From an uncultured virus (IMG/VR IMGVR_UViG_3300031660_000001) (taxonomy: Duplodnaviria > Heunggongvirae > Uroviricota > Caudoviricetes > Crassvirales), in the IMG/VR virus record IMGVR_UViG_3300031660_000001: a stretch of DNA of 64,000 nt. One strand, 5' to 3'. A model generated the notes under the pieces. It did not search any database. It was given only the letters and a program-made list of their open reading frames with translations, and had not been told where the DNA came from. Made by a program: the position numbers and the translations under genes. This document shows positions 19,101-27,683 of the stretch, one piece after another (position 1 is the stretch's first letter; every line of letters starts with the position of its first letter).

Positions 19101-20985
19101 AGTTCAAGACTCATTAGTAGGTCAATCATTTAATTTAGGACAAAGAGTTACATCTGTATCTTCTCAAGATTTTAAAAAAGCTGATAGATTTGCTGGGTTA
19201 ACTTACAGCGGGACTTTTAATGAAGAAACTAATATTAACAAGCTAAACGAATTTAACTTAGGACTCGTTAATTTTAAAGATTTAGAAGTTAGTTATGGGA
19301 GTATAGAAATATTACACGCAAGAGAAACAAATATTCTAGTTTTACAAGAAGATAAAGTTTCTTACGTTTTAGCAGGTAAAAATTTACTTTCTAGTGCTGC
19401 TGCTGGAGGAGCTATCACTAACACCGCAGAGGTATTAGGTAATCAGATAGCAAGAATAGAGGAATACGGTATAAGTAAAAACCCTGAAAGTTTTGTTTCA
19501 TATGGTTTTGATAAATATTTTACCGACTCTAAAAGAAATGTTGTTTTAAGATTACAAGGTGATGGGCCTTCCGAACAATTAACAGTAATTTCTGAAACAG
19601 GAATGAGAGGTTTTTTTAGAGATATGTTTACACAAGATTTTGGGACACAAAAATTAGGAGGATACGATCCTTATATGAATGAATATGTGTTGTCAAATAA
19701 TTCTACCGCTATTCCAGCGGGAATTGTTCCAATAAATTGTGGAGCAACAATATCTAGACAAAATGTTACAGACGCATCTTCTAATACTTTAAATTTAGGC
19801 ACAGCACAAGGATCAGTTGTTTTTGATTTCATTGTAACTGGAACGGTTAACTTGAGTGTGGTTTGGAATAGTGTTGGCGTAATAAATCAAGACATTACAG
19901 GGAATAGTTCTGTTAGTTTTGTTAAAAATTCTACCACACCAACAACAGCAGTGGTAACAATTACCCCTACAGGAACTGCGTCTTTTGATATTACACCTAA
20001 ATGTCCAGCTGCTACGCCTTTAATAATTAGACAAATGGTATTGGGCTCTCCGCAAGATGTAGGTAAATTTATACATAATGAATTTTTCTGGAAACAAGGT
20101 ACGTTTACAAGTCCTGTTTCTAGTGAATTAATTCAATTAAATACAGACACTGCAAATATAGGTGGAGTATACATCGAAACTACTGGTGTATCATCAATAG
20201 GAATATTTCCTCCATCTGGTGCAACAATCACGATGCAGTCTAATAAAAAAGACTTTGATGATTTTGTTTTTGATCCAGCGATACATAAATTTAGAAGATT
20301 TGTAACTCCGTTTGATTACACACCAGCGCAATGGGTAAATATAGAAGGTAACTCTTCTGATGTAGTTCCTATTACTAATCCTTCTACAGGATTATATCAA
20401 GCAAGTTTTACTTATAATAATCCAAGTAATTTTGCATATTTATATTTGACTTGGGATTTAAGAACTGTGCATGCTCTAATTTTAAGAACAGGATCAACTG
20501 CCGCTATAGCTTGTTGCTCGGGGCCTTCAGCAACTTATTATTTAGATACAACTTCTTTTGCAACAGCGACAGCTGTATTTACCGATGAAACGCTACATAC
20601 TAAAGCACCTAATCAGTTTTATCAAGCTGCTAACTCTGTGAGAGAACAAGCGGCAGGAGTTTTAGGATTAGGATTTTCATGTGCGCCATGCGGAACAACA
20701 ATACCTTTATGCTTTGCTACTACAGCAGATGAAGTTTGTTGCACAGGATGTACATACTCTTCGTATGCATCATCTGTAATGTCAACAACAAGGTCTGGAG
20801 CAAGCGGCTTGGCTTTAGGTCAAACTTATTATCATAATGGTGGAACGGGAGCTCCTGTAATAAATAATTTTGTATATTCAGACGATAAAGGAACGACTAA
20901 ACTAGGAATAGGTTATTATAAGATTAGTGCTACTTTATTAATATATGTTAATAATGACGGAATGGTAACAGAAACTTTTTTATAA
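16186..20985 (+). CDS. Tail stabilisation/muzzle-like protein, N-terminal part, with Cys-rich C-terminal extension
   Basis: GRMNQSVDERL.P.GEY..ALN, LFFTD..NPPRKIN, NRLVYGNY, EYGISKNPESF, GGYDP..EYVL. Confidence 0.75.
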   Translation: MPIVTTNFIAGRMNQSVDERLVPPGEYIEALNVRLGATETTEIGALENSKGNTQITTLLFNNTVLTNAECIGAYDDGANETMYWFVTSDTADMIVSFDTKTTLLNYHVTDAGNVLNFDSKFLITGVNKIGDLLFFTDDKNPPRKINVTKAYPAVTEADINVIVQPPLAAPTITLFTQATEANFMETRMISFAYRYKYQDEEYSALSQFSDIAFAPGVFTYDPATNLNKGMLNIYNAVTIAFNTGSSNVIGVDLIFKFANSNTLNVIEKFKKADFGWSDNSIQTQAFSNSKIYTILPESELLRLYDNVPLVAKAQTIMANRLVYGNYEDGRDIIDSNGINCRITYSAELTDVPISSDEIDTTFSAGLNYTIDTTQVIPSSTVILDLSGVKNNLKIGAFFGISLTYLKNKYTGNSGTVSGNQGSTTIDVIYTIPQTFSSVQEMALSDSFKAAIVTGFQTVGNCAAGTTFTDTFNCSVQNPAEDNADITWQKDEAGITGLNQGILITTLADTISLQLPAMRFSDVEGPPFAAPLFAYYSMVNASAQFIQNASIQSLHSNRNYEVGIVYMDEYLRSTTALVSQGIDPTVFVPASNAVFQNSIKVTIPPLQNPPQWATKYKFVVKKAEGPYETIYSNFYYSDSTDNSIYFKLEGQNQNKARTGDILRIKADSTGALLGLAVAEVLSVDAQQRNFLTPKANIEDGDVKPYIAEMAGLYMKMKPTSFNVDTSEKSNFFDSGRQNVCFVSGSSFPGVKLDCFFESADGQTDTNLVLPAGSLVTFDIEFSRRGQNGTNKPCGRVIYTYVRTFQASQDYNNMFDFVNGEGIDFKGGDITNFDDGADPNNVYNNTIGTTFPANIRGTNQYQFITSNGQVPDTSNKLQLIILSGVSGCAGHRNSCANGRITVQIADSLMIFETTPIDIDNDIYYENDTCYDITNNRHMSGTSATDQAQTDLLPAIVNLGFFDCYSFGNGVESFKVQDSLVGQSFNLGQRVTSVSSQDFKKADRFAGLTYSGTFNEETNINKLNEFNLGLVNFKDLEVSYGSIEILHARETNILVLQEDKVSYVLAGKNLLSSAAAGGAITNTAEVLGNQIARIEEYGISKNPESFVSYGFDKYFTDSKRNVVLRLQGDGPSEQLTVISETGMRGFFRDMFTQDFGTQKLGGYDPYMNEYVLSNNSTAIPAGIVPINCGATISRQNVTDASSNTLNLGTAQGSVVFDFIVTGTVNLSVVWNSVGVINQDITGNSSVSFVKNSTTPTTAVVTITPTGTASFDITPKCPAATPLIIRQMVLGSPQDVGKFIHNEFFWKQGTFTSPVSSELIQLNTDTANIGGVYIETTGVSSIGIFPPSGATITMQSNKKDFDDFVFDPAIHKFRRFVTPFDYTPAQWVNIEGNSSDVVPITNPSTGLYQASFTYNNPSNFAYLYLTWDLRTVHALILRTGSTAAIACCSGPSATYYLDTTSFATATAVFTDETLHTKAPNQFYQAANSVREQAAGVLGLGFSCAPCGTTIPLCFATTADEVCCTGCTYSSYASSVMSTTRSGASGLALGQTYYHNGGTGAPVINNFVYSDDKGTTKLGIGYYKISATLLIYVNNDGMVTETFL

Positions 20986-20989
20986 TTAT

Positions 20990-23410
20990 ATGGCAACTGA
21001 TAATACATTTTATATAAACGCAGTTACTTTCGCAGCAGCAACAGCAGTGTATACTGACCCTGCTTTAACTACATTAGCAGCTGACGGATTTTATCAAGCT
21101 CCTATTGAAGGAGTTGCAACTTATAGAGAGCTTACGGGTGGTGTTCTAGCAGCAGCAGCTAATTGCACTTGTGCAGTAAGCCAGGTGTTAGAATTTAATA
21201 CTACTCCTTCTGATTTATGTTGTATAAGTCAAACAGGAGTTACTTATTTTATTGATCAAGGAACTACTTTTGACACTACTACTGGACTTTATACTGATGC
21301 AACAGGGCAAACTAAAGCTCCTGATGATACTTACAGGGTTAGTGGTACTAATACTTTTAGAGTGCAAAGTGGAGGAACTTTAGCTGCGGTTGCGTCTTGC
21401 CCTACTTGTCCAGTTTCGTGTGGCGAAATAACTATACCTAGTGGAGGGAAGGGGTCTTATAGTTTAAATGTAACTTTAGGAACTGACGTGGGATCTGTGG
21501 TTGTTTATTTTAACCCAGCTACTGTGCCTGATGGTGTTAGAGGTGTGTACGATAGTACTAGTTACAATGCGCTAGCAAGCCCTACTAACGGATATATAAA
21601 AACAACAAGTGGTGTTGCTAATGCGTTTACAATTATAGGTAATGCAGCTGACGCATGCCTTCCGTCAATACCTAACACTACTTTATATAATTTTTATGAT
21701 GCAATAGTTAGTAATGCATGGGTACAAAACGGAACAGAATCTGTAACTATAAATACTGGAGACGTACAAGGAGGAGGTTCGAATGAATATAGTTCTTTAG
21801 TAATACCTAAACCAAATGCAAATCCTCAAACTATGGATTTAAAAGCTTTAGGGCCTTGTACCGGAACAGTGTTTGGATTAGAAATTGTTTGTCCAGCCGC
21901 CTTACCGTCATGGTCAACGAGCACAATTGCACAAAACGGCTCATCGGCATCTGCATGTGCGGGTTCGGGAGCAACAGGATTTTTTGCTAAACAATATACT
22001 GATAGAAATAATGCTGGCGTGGTATTACCTATACTTCATAACTGGGTATTTTCAGATAATACAGGAGCAACAGTGTTGCCTAATGGATTTTATAAAATAA
22101 CCGCAACTACTGTAGCTCAAGTAGCTAATGGCGTGGTTACGGCAATTACAACTTGCGCTTCATCTTCATCTTATTCTAGTTCAACTATACAATCTACAAC
22201 AGCTTTAGCTTGTAGTAGCACAGCAAATCAAACGTATTATCACAGTGGATCTGGAGCACTTCCAGCTTCTGGAGAATTCGTTTACTCTGATGCAGCTTTA
22301 ACTACTGTTTTAGGAAATGGGTTTTATAAACTTAATACAACATCGTTTTTAGAGGTTACAAGCGGAACAGGATTAGTTTCTGGGCCTTCAAGCTTTGCCT
22401 TTCAAACAGCTTGGTCTGGTGGATTGCTAGATTCAAATGGAAACACAGCGTGTGGTTTTGCTTTAAATCAAAATTATTTTACTAATGATGCTACTGGAGG
22501 TATGGCTACAGGAGATCCTTCACCAAGAATTAGTGACTTAGTTTATTCAGATGCGTGTGGTAACAATCCATTACCTGCTGGATTTTATAATAGCGCAACT
22601 AATGATGCTGGTCAAACTTACACAGATATTTTAGAAGTAGCATCTTCTCCGGCTGGAGAGGTGGTAGATCTTATTAAGTGTACTCCTACTACAAGTTATA
22701 CTAGTGGCGCTAAACAAACATCAGTAATTTTAGCTTGTCCTACAACTGTAAATTTACCTTATTTTCATAGTGGAGCAAGTGCTTTGCCAGTTGTTACTAA
22801 TTTTGTTTATTCAGATAATTTTGGACAAACCACTTTAGGAGCTGGATTCTATAAATTAACAGGAACCACTTACATTCAAGTAAATGCAGCTGGAGCCGTT
22901 ACTTTAGTTGGAACATTTTCTTTAGGAACGTCTTGGTCTAGTAGTGTAGTAGCGGCTGATATAAACGCTGCGTGTGCATTATCAACAAGCACAACCTTTA
23001 CACATGATAATAATTCTGGTGACCCTATAGTTAATGATGCTTGTTATACAGACGCTTGTAAAACTACTGCATTAGCTAATGGATTCTATAAAACTAGCAA
23101 TAACACTGTTGTAAGTATTACAGGTGGAGCTGGTAATGTAGTGGCTGTAACTGCTTGTGTAACATATTATCCTTTTTCAGTTCACGAAGTAGCTAATACT
23201 ACTTTAGCTTGTACTTACAGTGGGACATTAGACGAAACAATTTACACCACGATTGCAACAGGCCCAGCACCAAATATAGTTATTTACAGTGATCAATCTG
23301 GAACTGTAGTGCCAGCGGGTGTTTATGTGAATCAAGTAACTGGAACGAACGCATATTTTTCAACTAACGCAACATCAGTAGATAGTAACGGAGTAGTATC
23401 ATGTCCTTAA
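20990..23410 (+). CDS. Cys/Thr-rich repeat protein, probable virion appendage or adhesin
   Basis: Repeated ~75-80 aa unit AC…YxHSG…P…VYSD…L..GFYK. Confidence 0.7.
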   Translation: MATDNTFYINAVTFAAATAVYTDPALTTLAADGFYQAPIEGVATYRELTGGVLAAAANCTCAVSQVLEFNTTPSDLCCISQTGVTYFIDQGTTFDTTTGLYTDATGQTKAPDDTYRVSGTNTFRVQSGGTLAAVASCPTCPVSCGEITIPSGGKGSYSLNVTLGTDVGSVVVYFNPATVPDGVRGVYDSTSYNALASPTNGYIKTTSGVANAFTIIGNAADACLPSIPNTTLYNFYDAIVSNAWVQNGTESVTINTGDVQGGGSNEYSSLVIPKPNANPQTMDLKALGPCTGTVFGLEIVCPAALPSWSTSTIAQNGSSASACAGSGATGFFAKQYTDRNNAGVVLPILHNWVFSDNTGATVLPNGFYKITATTVAQVANGVVTAITTCASSSSYSSSTIQSTTALACSSTANQTYYHSGSGALPASGEFVYSDAALTTVLGNGFYKLNTTSFLEVTSGTGLVSGPSSFAFQTAWSGGLLDSNGNTACGFALNQNYFTNDATGGMATGDPSPRISDLVYSDACGNNPLPAGFYNSATNDAGQTYTDILEVASSPAGEVVDLIKCTPTTSYTSGAKQTSVILACPTTVNLPYFHSGASALPVVTNFVYSDNFGQTTLGAGFYKLTGTTYIQVNAAGAVTLVGTFSLGTSWSSSVVAADINAACALSTSTTFTHDNNSGDPIVNDACYTDACKTTALANGFYKTSNNTVVSITGGAGNVVAVTACVTYYPFSVHEVANTTLACTYSGTLDETIYTTIATGPAPNIVIYSDQSGTVVPAGVYVNQVTGTNAYFSTNATSVDSNGVVSCP

Positions 23411-23420
23411 ATAAATAATT

Positions 23421-24209
23421 ATGGCAGACAAAACTTTATCATATAGTGGAAGTGGGAGAGCCCCAGGGTGGCCTTCATTTTATTCTTTTATTCCTGAATA
23501 CATGAAAGGAATGAACGGATATTTTTATTCATTTAAAGGAGGCAACTTATATAGGCACAATACTAATGACACTAGAAATAATTACTACGGTGTTCAATAC
23601 AGTTCTAGTATTAAAAGTGTCTTTAATCCTGAGCCTAGTTTATCTATTAAGCTTTTTAAAACCATGTCTTATGAAAGCGACAGCAACTGGTCTGTTAGTT
23701 TAAATACAGACTTAAGTTCTGGATCAATGCTTGCAACTTATTTTGAACAGAAAGAAGGAGAATGGTTTTCTTACATAAGAAGCAATGCATCAACAGTAGA
23801 CTGGAAATTAAGATCAGCTCAGGGAGTGGGAATTGCTAAACTAGTTACAGGCAATTTAGACGAAAGAGTTATAGAGTTTGCTGAACCTATAGGAAGTATT
23901 GTAAATGTTGGTGACGTTTTATATGTCTCGACTAACAATAATGGAATTTATTCTAGTCCTAAAATAGCCGCACCTATATTATCTAGAACAAGCAACACAC
24001 TAACTGTTGATGTTTCTATTGATACTCCACCACAAAATCCATTACCAACAAATCCAACAACTGATTCCGCTATATTAGTTTACAAAAACAGCGTAGCAGA
24101 GTCAAACGGAGCTAGAGGTTATTTTATGGAATTTACAATGACTAACGGTTCTACAAGTGCAGTAGAGTTGTTTTCTGTTGGTAGCAGTGTTATGAAAAGT
24201 TATCCTTAG
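23421..24209 (+). CDS. Putative C-terminal part of the tail stabilisation/muzzle protein
   Basis: TLSYS…GWPSFYSFIPE…FKGGNLYRHN…RNNYYG…KEGEWF…G.RGY…ELFSV. Confidence 0.65.
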   Translation: MADKTLSYSGSGRAPGWPSFYSFIPEYMKGMNGYFYSFKGGNLYRHNTNDTRNNYYGVQYSSSIKSVFNPEPSLSIKLFKTMSYESDSNWSVSLNTDLSSGSMLATYFEQKEGEWFSYIRSNASTVDWKLRSAQGVGIAKLVTGNLDERVIEFAEPIGSIVNVGDVLYVSTNNNGIYSSPKIAAPILSRTSNTLTVDVSIDTPPQNPLPTNPTTDSAILVYKNSVAESNGARGYFMEFTMTNGSTSAVELFSVGSSVMKSYP

Positions 24210-24216
24210 AATTTGT

Positions 24217-24234
24217 TATCTTTGCTTATATTTG
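24217..24234 (+). promoter_or_regulatory. Tandem -7 boxes TATCTTTG and TATATTTG
   Basis: Two TAnnTTTG copies 10 bp apart before the ATG at 24240. Confidence 0.6.
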
Positions 24235-24239
24235 AGCAA

Positions 24240-24767
24240 ATGCAATTACAAAAAAATCATGTTGGTCAAGAAATGTTAAAGAGTATACCTTTGATAAGAG
24301 GTATAATGTGGGAGAAGATAGAAGAGTTTGGAAAAATGATGGCTTCAAACATTGAAGGTTGTATTACACATACTCCTGGCAATAAGCAATCAAAAGAAAT
24401 GCAAGAAGCGTTTCCTGTTAAACAACACTTAGAAAACGGACTTTACACTAGAGAGGTTTTAATGCCTAAAGGAAGTTTAGTGATTAGTTTAATACATAAA
24501 CAAAATCATCCTTCTTTTTTTTTAGAAGGAGAAATGTCCATCTTAGCGGATAATGGTGAGGTTAAAGAGTTAAAAGCTCCCATGAATTTAAATACAAAAA
24601 TTGGAACTCAAAGAGTTGCTTACATGCATGAAGACTGTAAGTGGATTTGCGTGTATAAAACAGATGCAACTACTTTTGAGGAAGCAGAAGTTGATGTGTA
24701 TACTAATAATTACAGAGAGCTTCCGATAGAATTAATAAATAATAATAAATTATTATGGCAGGAATAG
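24240..24767 (+). CDS. Cupin-fold protein (ATG start preferred over TTG at 24213)
   Basis: H.LENGLYTREVLMPKG…IHKQNH…G…G.QRVAY.HED. Confidence 0.6.
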   Translation: MQLQKNHVGQEMLKSIPLIRGIMWEKIEEFGKMMASNIEGCITHTPGNKQSKEMQEAFPVKQHLENGLYTREVLMPKGSLVISLIHKQNHPSFFLEGEMSILADNGEVKELKAPMNLNTKIGTQRVAYMHEDCKWICVYKTDATTFEEAEVDVYTNNYRELPIELINNNKLLWQE

Positions 24768-25513
24768 GTATAGCAATAGCTGGGTTAGCGGTAAGCGGAG
24801 CAAGCGCAGGAATGGGTTTTGCTCAAGCTTCAAAAGCTAGAAAATTAGCAGCTCAAGAAAATCAAAAGGCTGAAAGATTAATGAACGAGGCTAGAGCAAA
24901 AGCTGAAAAAAATGTATATGAAGGACTGCAAATTCCTATGGAAGCTTACAATAGAGAGTTTAGAGAAAACACTGCTCAACAAATGCAAAACGTACAATCG
25001 CTTCAGGAAGCTGGGGGAAGAACTTTAGCAGCTGGAATTGGTAAAGTTGCTGGACAGGGACAACAAGGTAATGCTGAAATTCAAGGAAGATTAGGTCAAG
25101 CTCTTTATGATAATGACAAAATGAAGGCAGATGGCGCACAAGATGTAAACCAACAATTAATACAAATGGATGTTGGTCAGTCATCAAGTGCAACTAGAAA
25201 GGCGGCAGATTTAAAAACTGAGGCCGCTCAAGCAACGCAAGGTGCTATATCTTCAGTAGGTTCAGCATTAAGTTATGGTACCGCTGTAGCAGCACCTTTA
25301 TTTCCTAATAACGCAAGTACTACTGCTGATATATTAAAGCAACAAAACTTAGTTATGGGGGATAGAGCTTCTGGACAACCTCTAACCAAAACTCCTTTGA
25401 ATTCAATGCAAGGTGGAAAAACAATGGAAAACCCAATGAATGATGAAAATTACTGGAACTCTATGATGTTAAAGTATGATGAAAATCTAAAGAAAGCCAA
25501 CAAGACCCCTTAA
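24755..25513 (+). CDS. Putative ejection/pilot protein
   Basis: Gly/Ala-rich hydrophobic N-terminus then Q/A-rich coiled coil; first of three internal-protein-like genes. Confidence 0.55.
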   Translation: MAGIGIAIAGLAVSGASAGMGFAQASKARKLAAQENQKAERLMNEARAKAEKNVYEGLQIPMEAYNREFRENTAQQMQNVQSLQEAGGRTLAAGIGKVAGQGQQGNAEIQGRLGQALYDNDKMKADGAQDVNQQLIQMDVGQSSSATRKAADLKTEAAQATQGAISSVGSALSYGTAVAAPLFPNNASTTADILKQQNLVMGDRASGQPLTKTPLNSMQGGKTMENPMNDENYWNSMMLKYDENLKKANKTP

Positions 25514-25523
25514 TAAAATCATT

Positions 25524-27671
25524 ATGGCAGAAGAAAAAACTAAACTAGAAGATTACCAGCCAGGATTTGTTGATGAATCCCTGCAAAAAACAGTTAAAAA
25601 AAACAACTCTGTTAGAGTTAACAGTTATGACACTTATGTTTCTAGGAACGTAAGTGAAGATACTTTAAACTGGAATACAGTAGCTAAAACCATTACAGGA
25701 CAATTAAATGCTATTGCTAAAGACAGGAAAGATAGAAAACAAAACATAGTAGATCAAACTCAAAAAGCGATAGGCATCTTAGAAAATATTGATGACTATA
25801 CAAATGCTAATGTAAATAATGCTGTAATAGATATGGCCCAAGGCATTAAAGAACAACTTTTAATTCGTAACAAGTTAGTAGAATCAGGTGCTATAAAGCC
25901 TGTAGATTATTTAAAATTTGTAGAAGCAGCTAAATCTCAAATGAAGACTTGGGGAGTTGCATCTAAAAACTTTGAAACTGATTATGTAGCACATCTTGAA
26001 AGGCAAGAAAACAACACAGCTGCTGCTGATGAAACTTTTAATGCAGAATCCTATTATGGGTTTGGCAACATGAATGAGGTAAAAAGTTTTGTGTCTCCAA
26101 CAGGAAAGGCTTATTTGGTTAAAGTAGATCCTAAAACAGGAGCGATGCCAGATTTTGATAAAGAACCAGGTAAATTTTTACCTGTTCAAACTATGAACGG
26201 AAGAAATAAGTTTACTGCGGAAAGAATACAATTTGATATAAGAGAACAGGTAAAAATTCAAACCGCAGAAATGGGGGTATTTTTAAGAGAGTCTTTAATA
26301 GATACCGAGACTTTTGAAAATGGTGTTATTAAATTAACAAAAAAAGGATTAGCTGCATTAAACGATCCTTATAATAAAGATATAAAAGCTAAATGGTTAG
26401 CATACAAGAAGTCAGTTGAAAATAGAATTGTAGGAGAGGAAGATGATCAGCGTCTAGCTAATATTTTAGTTCAGTCACAATCAGGATATAATTATGCTAC
26501 TAGTGTTAAACAGTACAAGGAAAAATATGGAGATGACTTAAGTAAAATGATTATTTTAGATATGACAAACATGCCTCCTACTTACACCTTTGGGAAGGAT
26601 GGCAAAGAAGAGGAGAAGATGCGAGCAGAAGCTAAAAGATTAGTAAATGAAGAAATTGATTTCCAAATAGGAAGTTCTGAGGAAAAAACTTTAAGTAAGA
26701 AACCTCCCACTGATATTCAACTAAATCCTCCAAGTTCGACAGAAACAACGGATGCATTGAATAAATCTTCACTTGTAACGTTTATTAATGATATACAGAG
26801 TGGTGTGGATGGAAGTCAAAGTAAATTTGATCAAGATGAAGGTCAACTAGAAGTAGAGAGTATTCAAATGGTAGATAAAAACGGTAAAGTAACTGAAGAT
26901 GAAAGTGATGCTATAAGTATGAGGGTTGTAAAAATACAAGGCAATCAAGAGGTAACAACTAATATAGAATTAAGAGAAGAAATAGATGGGTCAAGAATTG
27001 ACAAGAGAAAGACTATTAAAGATAAAGATGGAAAAAATATTCCTAATCCAAATCTCGGAAAACCTAACGCACAATTAAGCAATGAACTAATATTAGAAGG
27101 TTATTTAGGAAATTTAGGTGTAAAAAATTCAGAAATTGATGACTACATGAAAGCTTATAAAGCAAGTGGAGGAAAAATAGGTGATTTCGTAGGGAAAAAT
27201 TATAAAAGAGAAAGTGTTAGGATTGTGGATACATCTGCGCAACCAATAGATAGAAAAAATGGAAAGGAAGGTACTACTGGATTAATTATTACTGAAGTTT
27301 TAGAAAACAAAGAAGATGAAAGTCCGTTTCAAGCACTCTTTGCTGCTGCTAATGTTAAAGATGCTTCTGATAAAGCCAAAAAAGACTTTAATCGATATAA
27401 AGTAAACATGATAAGTTCTTATATTAATGATGCTTTTGGAATATCTTTAAGAGGTAAACCATTTAATTTACGACTAAACGATGACGGAACTATTACTGTA
27501 AAATTTAATAACAGCGACATAACTCTGCCGAAAACTTTATCAGGGTATAATACTAGCGGTCAGCAAATGATAAGTGATATTGAGGATATATTAAATTTAG
27601 ATAGACTTCCTGTGGGAACTTGTGTAAACGGGAGAAAAAAACTTGCAGGTGGAGTTTTCGACCCTTGTTAA
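25524..27671 (+). CDS. Putative ejection/internal virion protein
   Basis: 715 aa, K/D/E-rich; position. Confidence 0.5.
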   Translation: MAEEKTKLEDYQPGFVDESLQKTVKKNNSVRVNSYDTYVSRNVSEDTLNWNTVAKTITGQLNAIAKDRKDRKQNIVDQTQKAIGILENIDDYTNANVNNAVIDMAQGIKEQLLIRNKLVESGAIKPVDYLKFVEAAKSQMKTWGVASKNFETDYVAHLERQENNTAAADETFNAESYYGFGNMNEVKSFVSPTGKAYLVKVDPKTGAMPDFDKEPGKFLPVQTMNGRNKFTAERIQFDIREQVKIQTAEMGVFLRESLIDTETFENGVIKLTKKGLAALNDPYNKDIKAKWLAYKKSVENRIVGEEDDQRLANILVQSQSGYNYATSVKQYKEKYGDDLSKMIILDMTNMPPTYTFGKDGKEEEKMRAEAKRLVNEEIDFQIGSSEEKTLSKKPPTDIQLNPPSSTETTDALNKSSLVTFINDIQSGVDGSQSKFDQDEGQLEVESIQMVDKNGKVTEDESDAISMRVVKIQGNQEVTTNIELREEIDGSRIDKRKTIKDKDGKNIPNPNLGKPNAQLSNELILEGYLGNLGVKNSEIDDYMKAYKASGGKIGDFVGKNYKRESVRIVDTSAQPIDRKNGKEGTTGLIITEVLENKEDESPFQALFAAANVKDASDKAKKDFNRYKVNMISSYINDAFGISLRGKPFNLRLNDDGTITVKFNNSDITLPKTLSGYNTSGQQMISDIEDILNLDRLPVGTCVNGRKKLAGGVFDPC

Positions 27672-27683
27672 AAAAAATAAAAT

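Noticed and set aside
9356..22100. Antisense and off-frame ORFs inside portal, scaffold, capsid and tail genes
   Set aside because: They lie within well-supported genes and show no motifs
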